This document shows positions 29,001 through 38,491 of a DNA stretch of 64,000 nt, piece by piece (positions within the stretch are counted from its first letter, which is position 1; every line of letters begins with the position of its first letter). The notes under the pieces were generated by a model that saw only the letters and a list, made by a program, of their open reading frames with translations, ran no database searches and had not been told where the DNA came from. A program made the position numbers and the translations under genes. This stretch comes from Smithellaceae bacterium (GTDB lineage: Bacteria > Desulfobacterota > Syntrophia > Syntrophales > Smithellaceae), in assembly GCA_963667845.2 (NCBI GenBank), contig CAXXVL010000001.1, positions 896,001-960,000 on the forward strand, read 5' to 3'.

Positions 29001-30646
29001 TCCGCATGGATGAAATTTGTGAGAAGATCCGAAAACGGCAAATAGCCGAATGCGAGGCCATTCTGGTCTCCACCATCAATGTTAAGAATTTTCCGGCGGC
29101 CGAAACGCTTTTAGACGAGCTCGGCAAACTCGATGAAATAAAAGTCGAGGAGTATCGTCAGAAGCTTGCCGCTATGGAAGAGAAAAAACTGGAGGATACG
29201 CTAAGCGCCAAAGATCCGGATGCAGCCGAGAAGCTGCTTGGTGAATTTGCGCTGTTGGAGAAGAAGATAAGACGGACGTTTGCGAAGAGAATCGATGATC
29301 TCCGGGAGGACATCAAAAAAGATAAGGAATTTATAGAATTAATTGAAAATCTGAACGCAGAGATCGCTGAAAGAAGAATAGATCGTGCCGAAAAGCTTCT
29401 GAAGAAACTTGCCGAAATCGATAGTGAAAGGTCACAGGATTACAAAATCAGACTGGTGGCGCTGAAAAAGGAGGAGGAAATCGCAAGACTTGTCAGTCGG
29501 CTGGAAACGTCGCTGGCCAGCGAAAACGTGCTTGAAGCTCACGAATTGAAGGAAGAGCTAGCGCAATTGGATTGGGAAAAGGCGCAACAATATACCAATC
29601 GTCTGGAGGAACTCAGGGAAAAAGCCAGAGCGGAAGAAATGGCCGCATGTGAAACCAATCTTCTGCAAGCGCTGGACAAGGAAGACCTCGCGGCGGCGAA
29701 GAATTACCTCATTAAACTGTCAGGGCTTGACGAGTCCCAAGGACAAACCTACCGGATGCGGATTGCCGATCTGGAGGAAAAACAAAAAAGACAATTGTTG
29801 GCAGCGGCGGGTCAAAGTGTTGAAGAGGCGCTCTCAAAGAAAAAGACGGAACTTGCCCGAAATCTGCTTCAGGGCATAGCGCAAATGGATGAAGAGGTAT
29901 ATCAATATTACGATAAGATGATTTCCGGCCGTGAAGCGCTGCAAAAAAATGAAAAGATTACAATGATGCTTCTGGTTGCATTTGTTGCCTGTGCTCTTGC
30001 CGCAACCCTGATTTCTTACATAGCGGGACCAATTGGCAAAGCTTCGCCACGGCAGGACGCTTCCCCGCCTAAACTTGAAGCGCCTAAAGCGCCTGAAGCA
30101 GCGCCGTCGTATCCGCCGAATACGTCCATATTAGCGGTCAGGGAGCTGGAAAATAAGGCGCTGGCTTCATATCAAGCCGGTAAGTATTTTGATGCCATTG
30201 GATATGCAGAAGATGCGACACGTGAAGATGCCGGCAGCGTGGACGCCATGAAGGTGCTGGGGGCTGCGCTGGCCGTGACCGCAAAGAGAAATGAGGCCGT
30301 GCAATGGTTTGAGAAGATTCAGGAGATCAAACCCGATGATCAGAATGCCAAGGAATGGCTGGCGAAATTAAAGGCCGAATTGGCGCAGGCCAGGAAGCTG
30401 GAGGACAAAGCCCTATCGGCATACCGGAGCAGGAACTACAATATGGCAATTGGTTATGCGGCAAAGGCGCTCGAACTCACGCCGGACAGCATTGACGCCA
30501 TGAAGGTTACGGGAGCATCCCATGCGGCGCTGGACCAAAAAGATGCGGCGCGGAAATGGTTCGAAAAAGCGCTGGAATTGCACCCCGATGATGCCAATGC
30601 AAAGGAATGGCTGTTAAAGCTGCCGGTACCCGCTCCGGCGAAATGA
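26003..30646 (+). CDS. Kinase K2: Zn-ribbon + kinase (HWD) + PEGA-like + helical repeats + TM + TPRs
   Basis: GRGGMG, ALK, HWDIKPSN, DFG; TM segment MMLLVAFVACALAATLISYIAG; C-terminal AIGYA..DAMKV.GA..WFEK TPR-like pairs. Confidence 0.88.
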   Translation: MKQCPFCKEEIKDEAIKCRHCGSILNEPMAEGQSSNAAANPFLSSEPDPFDMNDGRITQTNLDAGMKIGDRYLIRFRLGRGGMGIVCLTEDTQLNGARRALKILPDKLAEDVNQVNRLKEEASLAMELNHPGIVRLYNYENSGTIHYLIMEYVNGIDLNTYIGVKKKVSEPEARRIGIEIAEALRIPHRHKPAVIHWDIKPSNILLEWPDLDVEPIKRKKISEIRGEDIPEISEARIKLADFGLARQVRDSMSRLGLMENTSGTLLYMSPEQIRGKGIDTRTDLYSLGATLYELLSGNPPFVGPTARYQILEEAPEPIDGISEEINAIILRLLEKDKEKRFQSAEELLACLRGEDISILSPAKKRSPSIERIMDAGAVLGGDGYLAVRASENCSIWIDGIWVGETKDRPIVFKDIRSGRHKIEGRTRYRRALEEVDFKTKDVKRLNLTLQDVLCDLRAMSDGIDYELTLDGKSHECPKLIEQIPAGQKKITIKVGECLFEDQIEILPDAATDYELTREHLDAEIKMQRILETENKLKDALMKRDPQLAAKLQQELATDGGDLAGNYSEKINTLKGEIDRERAIAGTTLELDRLLDQGKLSGADGLIKKLAGLDIRKQRDYVAKVESLKKQQAIADMSGKLEACLQSGKIEEARELNKNLSGLDRKKTNIYSQKINKLAEEIRLREVESRTEKFERALDKEKFIDAEELVRELAALDEYKARLYQARLIAAEERKIEQALGDRNPDTAGKLVEEFTALDKQETDTFKQKIDNLREDIKRKEEEEKKRKAIAKLTIKLDRMLSDEGPDKTEGLMAELTELDADISHAYQKQIALLRNKIKAAALVKSIEKALKNKNIEEADEYCCELKAIDASQYALCSSKADSLRYALKKEAEERRKKEEFARLAASLERALSEMKIADAETVCGRLEILNGKDGAAFREKINGIKNKLRKEAEEKQRQENIADLEEQLTELLAAEKVEEAREVNSRLMNLDPAKAESFSIRMDEICEKIRKRQIAECEAILVSTINVKNFPAAETLLDELGKLDEIKVEEYRQKLAAMEEKKLEDTLSAKDPDAAEKLLGEFALLEKKIRRTFAKRIDDLREDIKKDKEFIELIENLNAEIAERRIDRAEKLLKKLAEIDSERSQDYKIRLVALKKEEEIARLVSRLETSLASENVLEAHELKEELAQLDWEKAQQYTNRLEELREKARAEEMAACETNLLQALDKEDLAAAKNYLIKLSGLDESQGQTYRMRIADLEEKQKRQLLAAAGQSVEEALSKKKTELARNLLQGIAQMDEEVYQYYDKMISGREALQKNEKITMMLLVAFVACALAATLISYIAGPIGKASPRQDASPPKLEAPKAPEAAPSYPPNTSILAVRELENKALASYQAGKYFDAIGYAEDATREDAGSVDAMKVLGAALAVTAKRNEAVQWFEKIQEIKPDDQNAKEWLAKLKAELAQARKLEDKALSAYRSRNYNMAIGYAAKALELTPDSIDAMKVTGASHAALDQKDAARKWFEKALELHPDDANAKEWLLKLPVPAPAK

Positions 30647-30771
30647 ACGTCAGACCTTTTTTGTTTGCCCGGTTCAATCTTGCAGATGGGACCGAAGTGT
30701 TTCGACTTAGCATACATAGTTGCTCTGGCGTTCATTTAAAGATGGAATAATATGCAAGAGGTAAAAGTGTC

Positions 30772-31722
30772 ATGAATAAAGCTTATTGCCTGTACCGAAT
30801 GCTAATTTTCGTGCTGTTCATATTAGTCGGGATTCCGTCTATTTATGCCGCGCAGCCGCAAAGCCGTTTCGACATCAGACCGCCTGAAAATAAGGAAGAA
30901 AGCAACAAGCCAATAAAGAAGATAGAGAAAATAGAAAAACCGACGACGTCAACCAAGTCAAAGAAAGAATCAGCGGCGAAACCAGCGAAATTAAAAGATT
31001 CAGATCAATCCACCTCAAAAACTGCCCAGACTGTAAATCTGGGATGCTTCACTAGCCCTACGTTAAAGGCAAAATTTGTTTTGATTCCTGCCGGGCGATT
31101 TATGATGGGATCGCCGTCGGGTGAGCCTGGGCGATTTAATAACGAAGCGCAGCATCAGGTGACCATCAGTAAATCGTTTTACATGCAGACGACGGAAGTG
31201 ACGCAGGGGCAGTGGGAAGCAATCATGAGAGATAATCCTTCACACTTCACGGAGGATGATGAATTACCTGTCGAGAATGTATCCTGGGAAGATGTTCAGA
31301 ACTTCATTAAGAAATTAAATCAGAAAGAAGGGACGGACAAATACCGGTTGCCCACGGAAGCGGAGTGGGAATATGCGGCAAGAGCGGGGACGACAGATGC
31401 CCGATACGGAGAACTGGATGAGATTGCCTGGTACGATGAAAACTCGGAGGATCAAACCCATCCGGTAGGCGAAAAAGAGCCGAACACGTGGGGCTTATAT
31501 GACATGCTGGGGAATGTCTGGGAGTGGTGTTCAGACTGGTATGGGGATTATCCACGCTGTCCTGTTACCGACCCGAAAGGTCCGTCAACAGGCATCCACC
31601 GAGTGGGTCGCGGCGGCAGCTGGGACGCCGACGCCAGAGGTTGCCGCGCGGTGGTTCGCGGCAGCAGCACACGGGACGGCCGCGACGGCCACTTGGGCTT
31701 TCGCCTCGCCAGGACACTTTAG
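30772..31722 (+). CDS. Secreted FGE-sulfatase (CLec-fold) protein F1
   Basis: Signal peptide; RLPTEAEWEYAARAG, GLYDMLGNVWEW, RGGSW, GFRLARTL. Confidence 0.88.
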   Translation: MNKAYCLYRMLIFVLFILVGIPSIYAAQPQSRFDIRPPENKEESNKPIKKIEKIEKPTTSTKSKKESAAKPAKLKDSDQSTSKTAQTVNLGCFTSPTLKAKFVLIPAGRFMMGSPSGEPGRFNNEAQHQVTISKSFYMQTTEVTQGQWEAIMRDNPSHFTEDDELPVENVSWEDVQNFIKKLNQKEGTDKYRLPTEAEWEYAARAGTTDARYGELDEIAWYDENSEDQTHPVGEKEPNTWGLYDMLGNVWEWCSDWYGDYPRCPVTDPKGPSTGIHRVGRGGSWDADARGCRAVVRGSSTRDGRDGHLGFRLARTL

Positions 31723-31778
31723 ATTTTGGTTTTTTACCTTTTCACCTTTTGGCGGGAGTGACCATTGGAGAACAAAGC

Positions 31779-31882
31779 AAGCACACAGGAGGGCTCCGTT
31801 GGGTAAGCTGTCCTGTGGGCGGGCGCTGCACGAAAGGGAAAAAAGGGGGTATGAGGGCATTGCCCCCATCGGCGATAAAAAG
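31779..31882. repeat. Intergenic structured element B (partner 61149-61255; truncated copy ~58649-58673)
   Basis: Shared AAGC..CAYAGGA..GGCTCCG..AAGC.GTCCTRTGGGCG...GTATG...TGCCCCATCGGCG.TAAAAA. Confidence 0.65.
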
Positions 31883-32046
31883 GCAATCCCCCTTTTTTAA
31901 GGGAGGATTCAGTGGGATTGGAAAGGCCTTTGGCGGGTTCAATCTTGCAGATTGAACTGAAGTGTTTCAAAACAACCAGCATGTTTGCTCAAGCGTTAGG
32001 TACGCACTACATATAAGAAAAGGAATGCACAAGAGGAGAAAATGTC

Positions 32047-33861
32047 ATGAAAGACAACAGCTGCCGGTTAGGTTTGTTGCTCATCCTGGTGTTATCGTTG
32101 AGCGTCTTTGTTGCGTTTGCCGAGGCGCCCCAAAGCCGCTTTGATATAAGACCAACCGATAGCGATGTCCCGCCGAAGAAAGCAGTGAAGGCAAAAAAAG
32201 AGTCAGTATCAGCTACGCCGAAAAAAGTAGCGCCCGTGAGGAAAACGGAGACACCGCCGTCTGAAGCACCTGCTGCCCCCTCGGCCCATGCTAAATCAGA
32301 CCCTTCGACATTTAGAAGTCCCACACTTAACGCAAAATTTGTTCTGATACCGGCGGGGACGTTTATGATGGGATCGCCGTCGGGTGAACCTGGGCGAGAC
32401 AATGACGAAACACAGCATCAGGTGACCATCAGCAAATCGTTTTACATGCAGACGACGGAGGTGACGCAGGGGCAATGGAAGACTGTCATAGGGTGGAACC
32501 CGTCAGATTTCAAGAAATGCGGCAAAGACTGTCCCGTGGAGAGTGTTTCCTGGAATGATGCTCAGGAATTCATCAGGAAACTCAACCAGAAGGAAGGGAC
32601 GGACAAGTATCGTCTTCCCACGGAAGCGGAATGGGAATATGCAGCAAGAGCTGGGACAATAGATGCGAGATCCGGGGCGCTGGATGAGATTGCCTGGTAT
32701 GATAAAAACTCTGATGGTAAAACACATCCGGTAGGTCAAAAGAGACCCAATGCCTGGGGTTTAAATGATATGTACGGTAATGTCTGGGAATGGGTTCATG
32801 ATTGGTATGGCGAATATCCGACCGGACCTGTTACGGACCCGATTGGGCCAGAATCGCGCACCCGCCGCGTGTTCCGCGGCGCTTCTTGCTATGATGACAC
32901 TAGGTATTGCCGCTCTGCGCGTCGCAAACACCTCGGACCGATCTATCGACTTACGGGTGTTGGTTTTCGCCTCGTTAGAACACAGGAGACAGCCGCTGAC
33001 AAAGTGACAGAGAAGAGTACAGAAAAGAAACCGATTTCCCAGGAAGACGCTTCCCGGGTTGTAGCGCCTGCTTCCCCCGCGGCAAGTTATACCAGCCCAA
33101 TGTTGAACGCGAAGTTTGTTTTGATTCCACCGGGGACATTTATGATGGGCTCGCCGCCGAATGAGCCGGGGCGGCATGACGACGAAACGCAGCATCAGGT
33201 GACCATTTCGAAACCATATTACATGCAGACCACGGAAGTGACGCAGGGGCAGTGGAAGGCTGTGATGGAGAATAATCCATCATATTTCAAAAAATGCGGA
33301 GATGGTTGTCCCGTGGAGTGTGTGTCTTGGAATAATGTTCAGGAATTCATCAATAAGTTAAACAAAGTGGAAGGGACGGACAAGTATCGTTTGCCGACGG
33401 AAGCTGAGTGGGAATACGCGGCGCGGGCGGGAACGATGACGGCTTTGTATAACGGACCATTGCGAATATTGGACCAGATGAATGGTCCCGCGTTGGATTC
33501 CATTTCCTGGTATGGTGGGAATAGTGGCGTGAGTTATGCTGATGGATTTGCTTGTTCCCATTGGTCGGGAAAGCAATATAGATCTTCGCGTTGCGGACCG
33601 CATTTGGCAGGTCTCAAGTCGCCAAATGCGTGGGGCTTGTATGACATGCTGGGGAATGTCGATGAGTGGGTTCAGGACCGGACCGGAGATTATCAAACTG
33701 GCCCTGTTACGGATCCAACCGGGCAAGTGGGCTGTAGCCGGGTACTTCGAGGCTGCGGCTGGTCAGGTTTCGCCAGTGATTGCCGCGCAGCGCGCCGTTT
33801 TGGAGACGAACCGAGCTTGCGCTTTTTTGATCGGGGCTTTCGCCTCGCCAGAACACTTTAG
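32047..33861 (+). CDS. Secreted tandem FGE-sulfatase domain protein F2
   Basis: Signal peptide; two complete FGE domains, each with RLPTEAEWEYAARAG and GFRL.RT. Confidence 0.88.
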   Translation: MKDNSCRLGLLLILVLSLSVFVAFAEAPQSRFDIRPTDSDVPPKKAVKAKKESVSATPKKVAPVRKTETPPSEAPAAPSAHAKSDPSTFRSPTLNAKFVLIPAGTFMMGSPSGEPGRDNDETQHQVTISKSFYMQTTEVTQGQWKTVIGWNPSDFKKCGKDCPVESVSWNDAQEFIRKLNQKEGTDKYRLPTEAEWEYAARAGTIDARSGALDEIAWYDKNSDGKTHPVGQKRPNAWGLNDMYGNVWEWVHDWYGEYPTGPVTDPIGPESRTRRVFRGASCYDDTRYCRSARRKHLGPIYRLTGVGFRLVRTQETAADKVTEKSTEKKPISQEDASRVVAPASPAASYTSPMLNAKFVLIPPGTFMMGSPPNEPGRHDDETQHQVTISKPYYMQTTEVTQGQWKAVMENNPSYFKKCGDGCPVECVSWNNVQEFINKLNKVEGTDKYRLPTEAEWEYAARAGTMTALYNGPLRILDQMNGPALDSISWYGGNSGVSYADGFACSHWSGKQYRSSRCGPHLAGLKSPNAWGLYDMLGNVDEWVQDRTGDYQTGPVTDPTGQVGCSRVLRGCGWSGFASDCRAARRFGDEPSLRFFDRGFRLARTL

Positions 33862-34011
33862 GTTTTGGTATTTTGACATTTGAAGGGTGAGTTGGAATAA
33901 GTCTGTGCTGGAATTACCATGCTGATGGCTCCGAAATGTTACGGTCCAATCGAAGAGCGCTTGAACCAGCGAAAGGTACTATTTAGAGGATCAACTATTA
34001 AGGACAGGCAA

Positions 34012-35265
34012 ATGGACAGAGAAAACAAAACAAACCTCTTGAAAAAAGATTCCACAAGGACACGGCTTGTGCATGACGGTCCGGGTGACACGGTAAATAA
34101 TATCAACAACCCGCCTGGCATAAAAACAACCGTACCGTTAATAAAAACAGATCTGGACGCAATTCTGGAGATTATCCGCGCCAGCGCCGACGCCCAAACC
34201 AGGCTTGACGCCGCCACCAGCCTTTTTCAGTATATGGATGACATCGAGCCATTACATCCTAGTAAGCTTCAGGAATTGTATGAGGCGGAAAAGGACATGC
34301 GTGTTGCCGCGGAAATAAAAAGACTGATCAACAAGGTTCAGATTCGTCGCATCATGGAGAACGATCCGACGGAACCATACGACCGCCACCTCACATCGGA
34401 AGAGGAAGAAAACATTGCTGCGGAAATTAAAAAAATCAGAAGCCTGTATGACCGCACCAAACAACAAGACGGTGCTTTTGAAAGCACCTACAAAATAATC
34501 GGCCTTCTGGGCAAGGGCGGGATGGCATCCATCTTTAAAGCCGTAAGGCTGGCGGACGGAAAGCCCGTCATTATCAAAATGCTGACTCGGGAAAGGCTGG
34601 CCGGTGGGCATGATGCTGAAATGATGATAGCCCGTTTTCAGCGGGAATCCGATCTGCTGGTCAAACGCCTGAAGCATCCCCATGTGATCGAGGCGTACGA
34701 TCAGGGAAACAGCAAAGAAGAATATTATATCATTTTGGAATACGTAGAAGGCGGCGATCTTTCCGACATGCTGAAGCTCAGGCCGCTGTCATTTCCGGAG
34801 TTCAGGGTTGCGATGCGGCAGTTGTGCGATGCCGTCGAATACATTCATTCCATGGATGTGATTCATCGCGACATCAACCCCAACAACATCATGATGTTTA
34901 AAAGTGATGGATCTATCGGTATAAAACTTGCCGATTTTGGTCTGGCCATGGATAAACGCGATACCCGAAAGCTCACACAGATCAATGTTGGCATGGGCAC
35001 GGACGGCTTTATCTCGCCTCAGCAATACAAGGAAGCCTCCCTGTCGGATGAAAGAGACGATATTTATTCTCTAGGCAAAACCTTTTATCAGATGCTGGCT
35101 GGCCATGAACAAAAGGACAATGCAGATTATCAGCCGCTGACGCTGGATGACGTTTCCGTGTCCCAAACAATAAACGATGTGATCTTGAAGTGTATCCGTC
35201 CTGAAAAAAAGGACAGGTGGCAGAATATTGGAGAATTGAGGAGGGCTCTGGAAAATGTTTTGTAA
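34012..35265 (+). CDS. Kinase K3: stand-alone Ser/Thr kinase with a HEAT-like N-terminal region
   Basis: GKGGMA, IIK, HRDINPNN, DFG, GTDGFISPQ. The track start at 33919 lies inside repeat element A, so ATG 34012 is preferred. Confidence 0.85.
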   Translation: MDRENKTNLLKKDSTRTRLVHDGPGDTVNNINNPPGIKTTVPLIKTDLDAILEIIRASADAQTRLDAATSLFQYMDDIEPLHPSKLQELYEAEKDMRVAAEIKRLINKVQIRRIMENDPTEPYDRHLTSEEEENIAAEIKKIRSLYDRTKQQDGAFESTYKIIGLLGKGGMASIFKAVRLADGKPVIIKMLTRERLAGGHDAEMMIARFQRESDLLVKRLKHPHVIEAYDQGNSKEEYYIILEYVEGGDLSDMLKLRPLSFPEFRVAMRQLCDAVEYIHSMDVIHRDINPNNIMMFKSDGSIGIKLADFGLAMDKRDTRKLTQINVGMGTDGFISPQQYKEASLSDERDDIYSLGKTFYQMLAGHEQKDNADYQPLTLDDVSVSQTINDVILKCIRPEKKDRWQNIGELRRALENVL

Positions 35266-36565
35266 AAACTGCAATCAAACGGTCAGTATCTTAGAGGATG
35301 TGTGTCCACACTGCAACCATGACCTGAGGAAGGTGGATGTTTCCAGAACATATGTCGGTCGTACATCATCTCAAGGCTCTTCATCGGCCGCGCCGGATGC
35401 CTCGGCCATCAGTGTGTCCCGTGACGGGAAACCATTTGGACAGGCAGATCAGGAAGGCCATTGGCCGGGAATTGCTGTTTTTCAAGATGTATCGATGGCG
35501 GATGTCAAGGTCGAGGTGTTTCACTGGAAGAAACTCAACTGGTCACTCATCAACTGTCAGGTGCCTTTTATTCAGAAGTTGAAAATCACCAATAACTCCA
35601 AAGCCAATATTACGGATCTGATTGTCAGAATCAAAATAGCTCCTGATTACGGAGATTCCTGGGAGCAGACCGTAAAATCCATTCCGCCGAAGCAACCGCA
35701 TGTGGTGGAGGGTATTAATCTGCCTTTGTCCAGAGAAAGGCTTCTTGCCGTCAAGGAAGCAGAACAGGCTTTTCTGAAAACGCAAGTCAATGCACAAGGC
35801 AGAGATATTGATTTAAAAACGGAACCCATAGAAGTTTTGGCCTACAATGAGTGGTATTTTAATCCATTCATTTCCGAATCGCTGGCGGGGTTCATCCTGC
35901 CTAATAGCAACGCGGTCAATGAAGTAATTATGCATGCTGCGGAAGCCCTCGCTGAACTGGGCTTGGGAACGGCTTTTGACGGTTATCAATCAAATGACGC
36001 GGGGAAAATTATCGGAATGGCCAACGCGTTGTACCTGGTGCTGCAAAACGAACTGGGGATTAAATATATCAATCCGCCGACGAGTTTCGAGGCGACCGGA
36101 CAAAAAATATTGAAGCATGACGACATTCTGAAAATTGGCCATGGGACATGCCTTGACCTGGCTTTGTTTTATGCCGCCTGCCTGGAAAGAGTCGGCCTAC
36201 ATCCCCTGATTTTCATTGTCTCGGGTCATGCCTTCCTGGGGATATGGCTTAATGACGAAGCATTTTGTGCGTTTCAGGAACGGGAACAGAAATATTATGA
36301 TAAAGTCAGAAAAAAGATGGCTAAAAGCGAATTTTCTGCGCAGGAAAAGTACAAAGAATACATTCTGGAAAAGCTGGAGCGTTACGCCCGCGTCATCGCG
36401 CAAGGAGAATTTATTCTGCCGCTTAATTCCACAACTTTTACCACGGATGGTGATTTTGATATCTGCGGGAAAGAAGCAATGATTATCTTTGCCAAGCACG
36501 ATCTGATGGCGGTTGTTGATATATCAGCCGTCAGAGACCGCGTCAGGCCCCTGCCGTTACAGTGA
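35255..36565 (+). CDS. Zn-ribbon + transglutaminase/papain-like domain protein
   Basis: CKNC..CPHC; YINPPTSFEATGQK..GTCLDLALFYAACLE..LHP..GHAFLGIW, with candidate catalytic Cys and His. Confidence 0.7.
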   Translation: MFCKNCNQTVSILEDVCPHCNHDLRKVDVSRTYVGRTSSQGSSSAAPDASAISVSRDGKPFGQADQEGHWPGIAVFQDVSMADVKVEVFHWKKLNWSLINCQVPFIQKLKITNNSKANITDLIVRIKIAPDYGDSWEQTVKSIPPKQPHVVEGINLPLSRERLLAVKEAEQAFLKTQVNAQGRDIDLKTEPIEVLAYNEWYFNPFISESLAGFILPNSNAVNEVIMHAAEALAELGLGTAFDGYQSNDAGKIIGMANALYLVLQNELGIKYINPPTSFEATGQKILKHDDILKIGHGTCLDLALFYAACLERVGLHPLIFIVSGHAFLGIWLNDEAFCAFQEREQKYYDKVRKKMAKSEFSAQEKYKEYILEKLERYARVIAQGEFILPLNSTTFTTDGDFDICGKEAMIIFAKHDLMAVVDISAVRDRVRPLPLQ

Positions 36566-36584
36566 GTTGTTGATAAGAGAAAAT

Positions 36585-37379
36585 ATGATGAGCGCCGAAC
36601 GGAAAACAAAAATATACAAAAAAGTAGCTTCCATCATCAGGACGAAAAACAAATCTTCTTATATCGGGGAAGATGATGTGGTCTTCCTGGAAAAAAACGG
36701 CATCCGTATCAGTTTTCATTTGAAAAATAACGGACTGGATCTCGTTAATATTTTCCGCACGGTCAAAAGAGCGCAAAAACTCATCAAGGACAAATTTGAC
36801 TGTGATATCGAACAAATGAATATCAATATTTATGATTCCAGTGAGGATTTGCGGCGGAACGTTTATTCGCCAAGCCGCTGCGGGTCGTGGATCGCAGGCA
36901 TTTTTGACGGGGAAATACGAATCATTTCGGAGCGGAATGGTGAAGATCCGGAGGCACTGTACATCCTCATCACCCATGAAATCATTCACCTGGCGATACG
37001 GCAGATCGGCAGAGGAAATTGTTCTTACTGGCTGGATGAAGGCCTGGCCGTTTATCTTTCTCAGGAACTGCCTGAATATTATCAGCGCATCTTTTTAGCT
37101 GCGGCAAGAAATGAGAGCTTGCTGCCCCTGGAGGCCCTGGAAAAACCGCTTAGCGCAAATATTGATGACGATGCGCGTATTCTGGCGTATGCCGAAAGCA
37201 CCTTCATGGTGAATTATCTCTGTGAAAACTATGACTGGGAAAAAATTAAAACAGCAGTCAGGAAATCGCGCATTAAAGATATGAAAGATATTCTCGATGA
37301 GTTGGGTCTTAATTACTATTTGCTCGAACTGTCTTGTAAACGCTGGGTATTAATGAACGTGCATAAAGAATTATTGTAA
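36585..37379 (+). CDS. Peptidase MA-family (gluzincin) metallopeptidase
   Basis: HEIIH ... WLDEGLAVY ... LAYAES. Start at ATG 36585, just after the upstream stop. Confidence 0.75.
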   Translation: MMSAERKTKIYKKVASIIRTKNKSSYIGEDDVVFLEKNGIRISFHLKNNGLDLVNIFRTVKRAQKLIKDKFDCDIEQMNINIYDSSEDLRRNVYSPSRCGSWIAGIFDGEIRIISERNGEDPEALYILITHEIIHLAIRQIGRGNCSYWLDEGLAVYLSQELPEYYQRIFLAAARNESLLPLEALEKPLSANIDDDARILAYAESTFMVNYLCENYDWEKIKTAVRKSRIKDMKDILDELGLNYYLLELSCKRWVLMNVHKELL

Positions 37380-37387
37380 ATCGTCTA
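37360..37387 (+). promoter_or_regulatory. ECF-type promoter upstream of the ECF sigma gene
   Basis: TGCATAAA-N14-CGTCTA; the same motif and spacing occur at 41310, 51386 and 58819. Confidence 0.7.
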
Positions 37388-37409
37388 ATACAGAAGAGGA
37401 TCCTGAGAC

Positions 37410-38003
37410 ATGATTAATTATAACAAAGTATCTGATGAAGTTTTATATGGCATGTGTATGGCCGGCGACGGGGGCGCGTGGACTTATGTCTTCAACTATT
37501 CTTTGAAGATATGTAAATCCAAAAAATGGCACATGGGTGATGAATCTGAAGATATAGCCAGTGAAGTGACAAAAAATCTCATGAAAACCATTTGGACGAA
37601 AGACAATATGAGAGAACAAAATAAATTTCGGAATCTTATCGCCGTTGCCGCTGTAAACAAAATTAAAGATTTACTGAAATCATCGCGCAGGAATAACATC
37701 CCGATTGATGACGACATCGACTTGAAGGTGATGGGCCGTACCGGTAACAATGTTAACCAGATAGAAAATATTGAACGATTCGAGATAGTGTTACTAATTG
37801 ATCAGGCGCTGGAGAAACTATCTCAGGGATGTCAGAATGTGTTGCGGGAATATTTTAAATACAAAGTGGGGCTTTATGATGATTTAGCGGAAACAAGTAA
37901 AGTGTTAAATATGAGCATTTCTCGCTTTTCAACAAATGTCCATCGTTGTTTAAAAAAAATGATTGAATTCCCCGAAATGAAGGAATTGAGGCAATATATT
38001 TAG
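37410..38003 (+). CDS. ECF sigma factor
   Basis: SDEVL..GDGGAW, SEDIASEV, AVNKIKDLLK (region 2); IDQALEKLSQGCQNVL..HRCLKKM (region 4). Confidence 0.78.
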   Translation: MINYNKVSDEVLYGMCMAGDGGAWTYVFNYSLKICKSKKWHMGDESEDIASEVTKNLMKTIWTKDNMREQNKFRNLIAVAAVNKIKDLLKSSRRNNIPIDDDIDLKVMGRTGNNVNQIENIERFEIVLLIDQALEKLSQGCQNVLREYFKYKVGLYDDLAETSKVLNMSISRFSTNVHRCLKKMIEFPEMKELRQYI

Positions 38004-38013
38004 GGAGGTTATT

Positions 38014-38466
38014 ATGAAATGCGATGATATCAATATTATCAGCCATATTGAAGGCAATGCTGATGATGAGACAGCCGCTCACATCAAAGCCTGTCCTCAC
38101 TGCAGAAGACTAGAGGTCGATATTAAAAAACTGTTTAATGAAATAATCCCAAAGTATGCCACGGGGAAGCAAATTCAACTGGAACTGGAAAAAGAATTAG
38201 CGACCATAAATACAAAGACAATGAAGCCCTTGCCGGAAGACATCGCCATTATGGTCAAAGAAATGCACAAACAGCGTCTGGTATCATGTGTACAAAAAGC
38301 AATCGGTAATGCCAAGAAAGATGCTGAAGAGCTTATCGAAAATATTCTGTGTCCGCAATACCAGCCTTTGCCGGCAAGTCCTAAAGACATTTTCCGGGAA
38401 GAAAAAAGCAAAAAGGGGAAAAAAGCGGCCACTTCAAAGACAGTTAAGAAATCAAGGCGTAAATGA
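38014..38466 (+). CDS. Zinc-finger (ZAS) soluble anti-sigma factor-like protein
   Basis: C..HIEG..HIKACPHC (HxxxCxxC) directly downstream of the ECF sigma; no TM segment seen. Confidence 0.7.
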   Translation: MKCDDINIISHIEGNADDETAAHIKACPHCRRLEVDIKKLFNEIIPKYATGKQIQLELEKELATINTKTMKPLPEDIAIMVKEMHKQRLVSCVQKAIGNAKKDAEELIENILCPQYQPLPASPKDIFREEKSKKGKKAATSKTVKKSRRK

Positions 38467-38491
38467 ATAAACCAAACGGGAGCCGCAAAGC

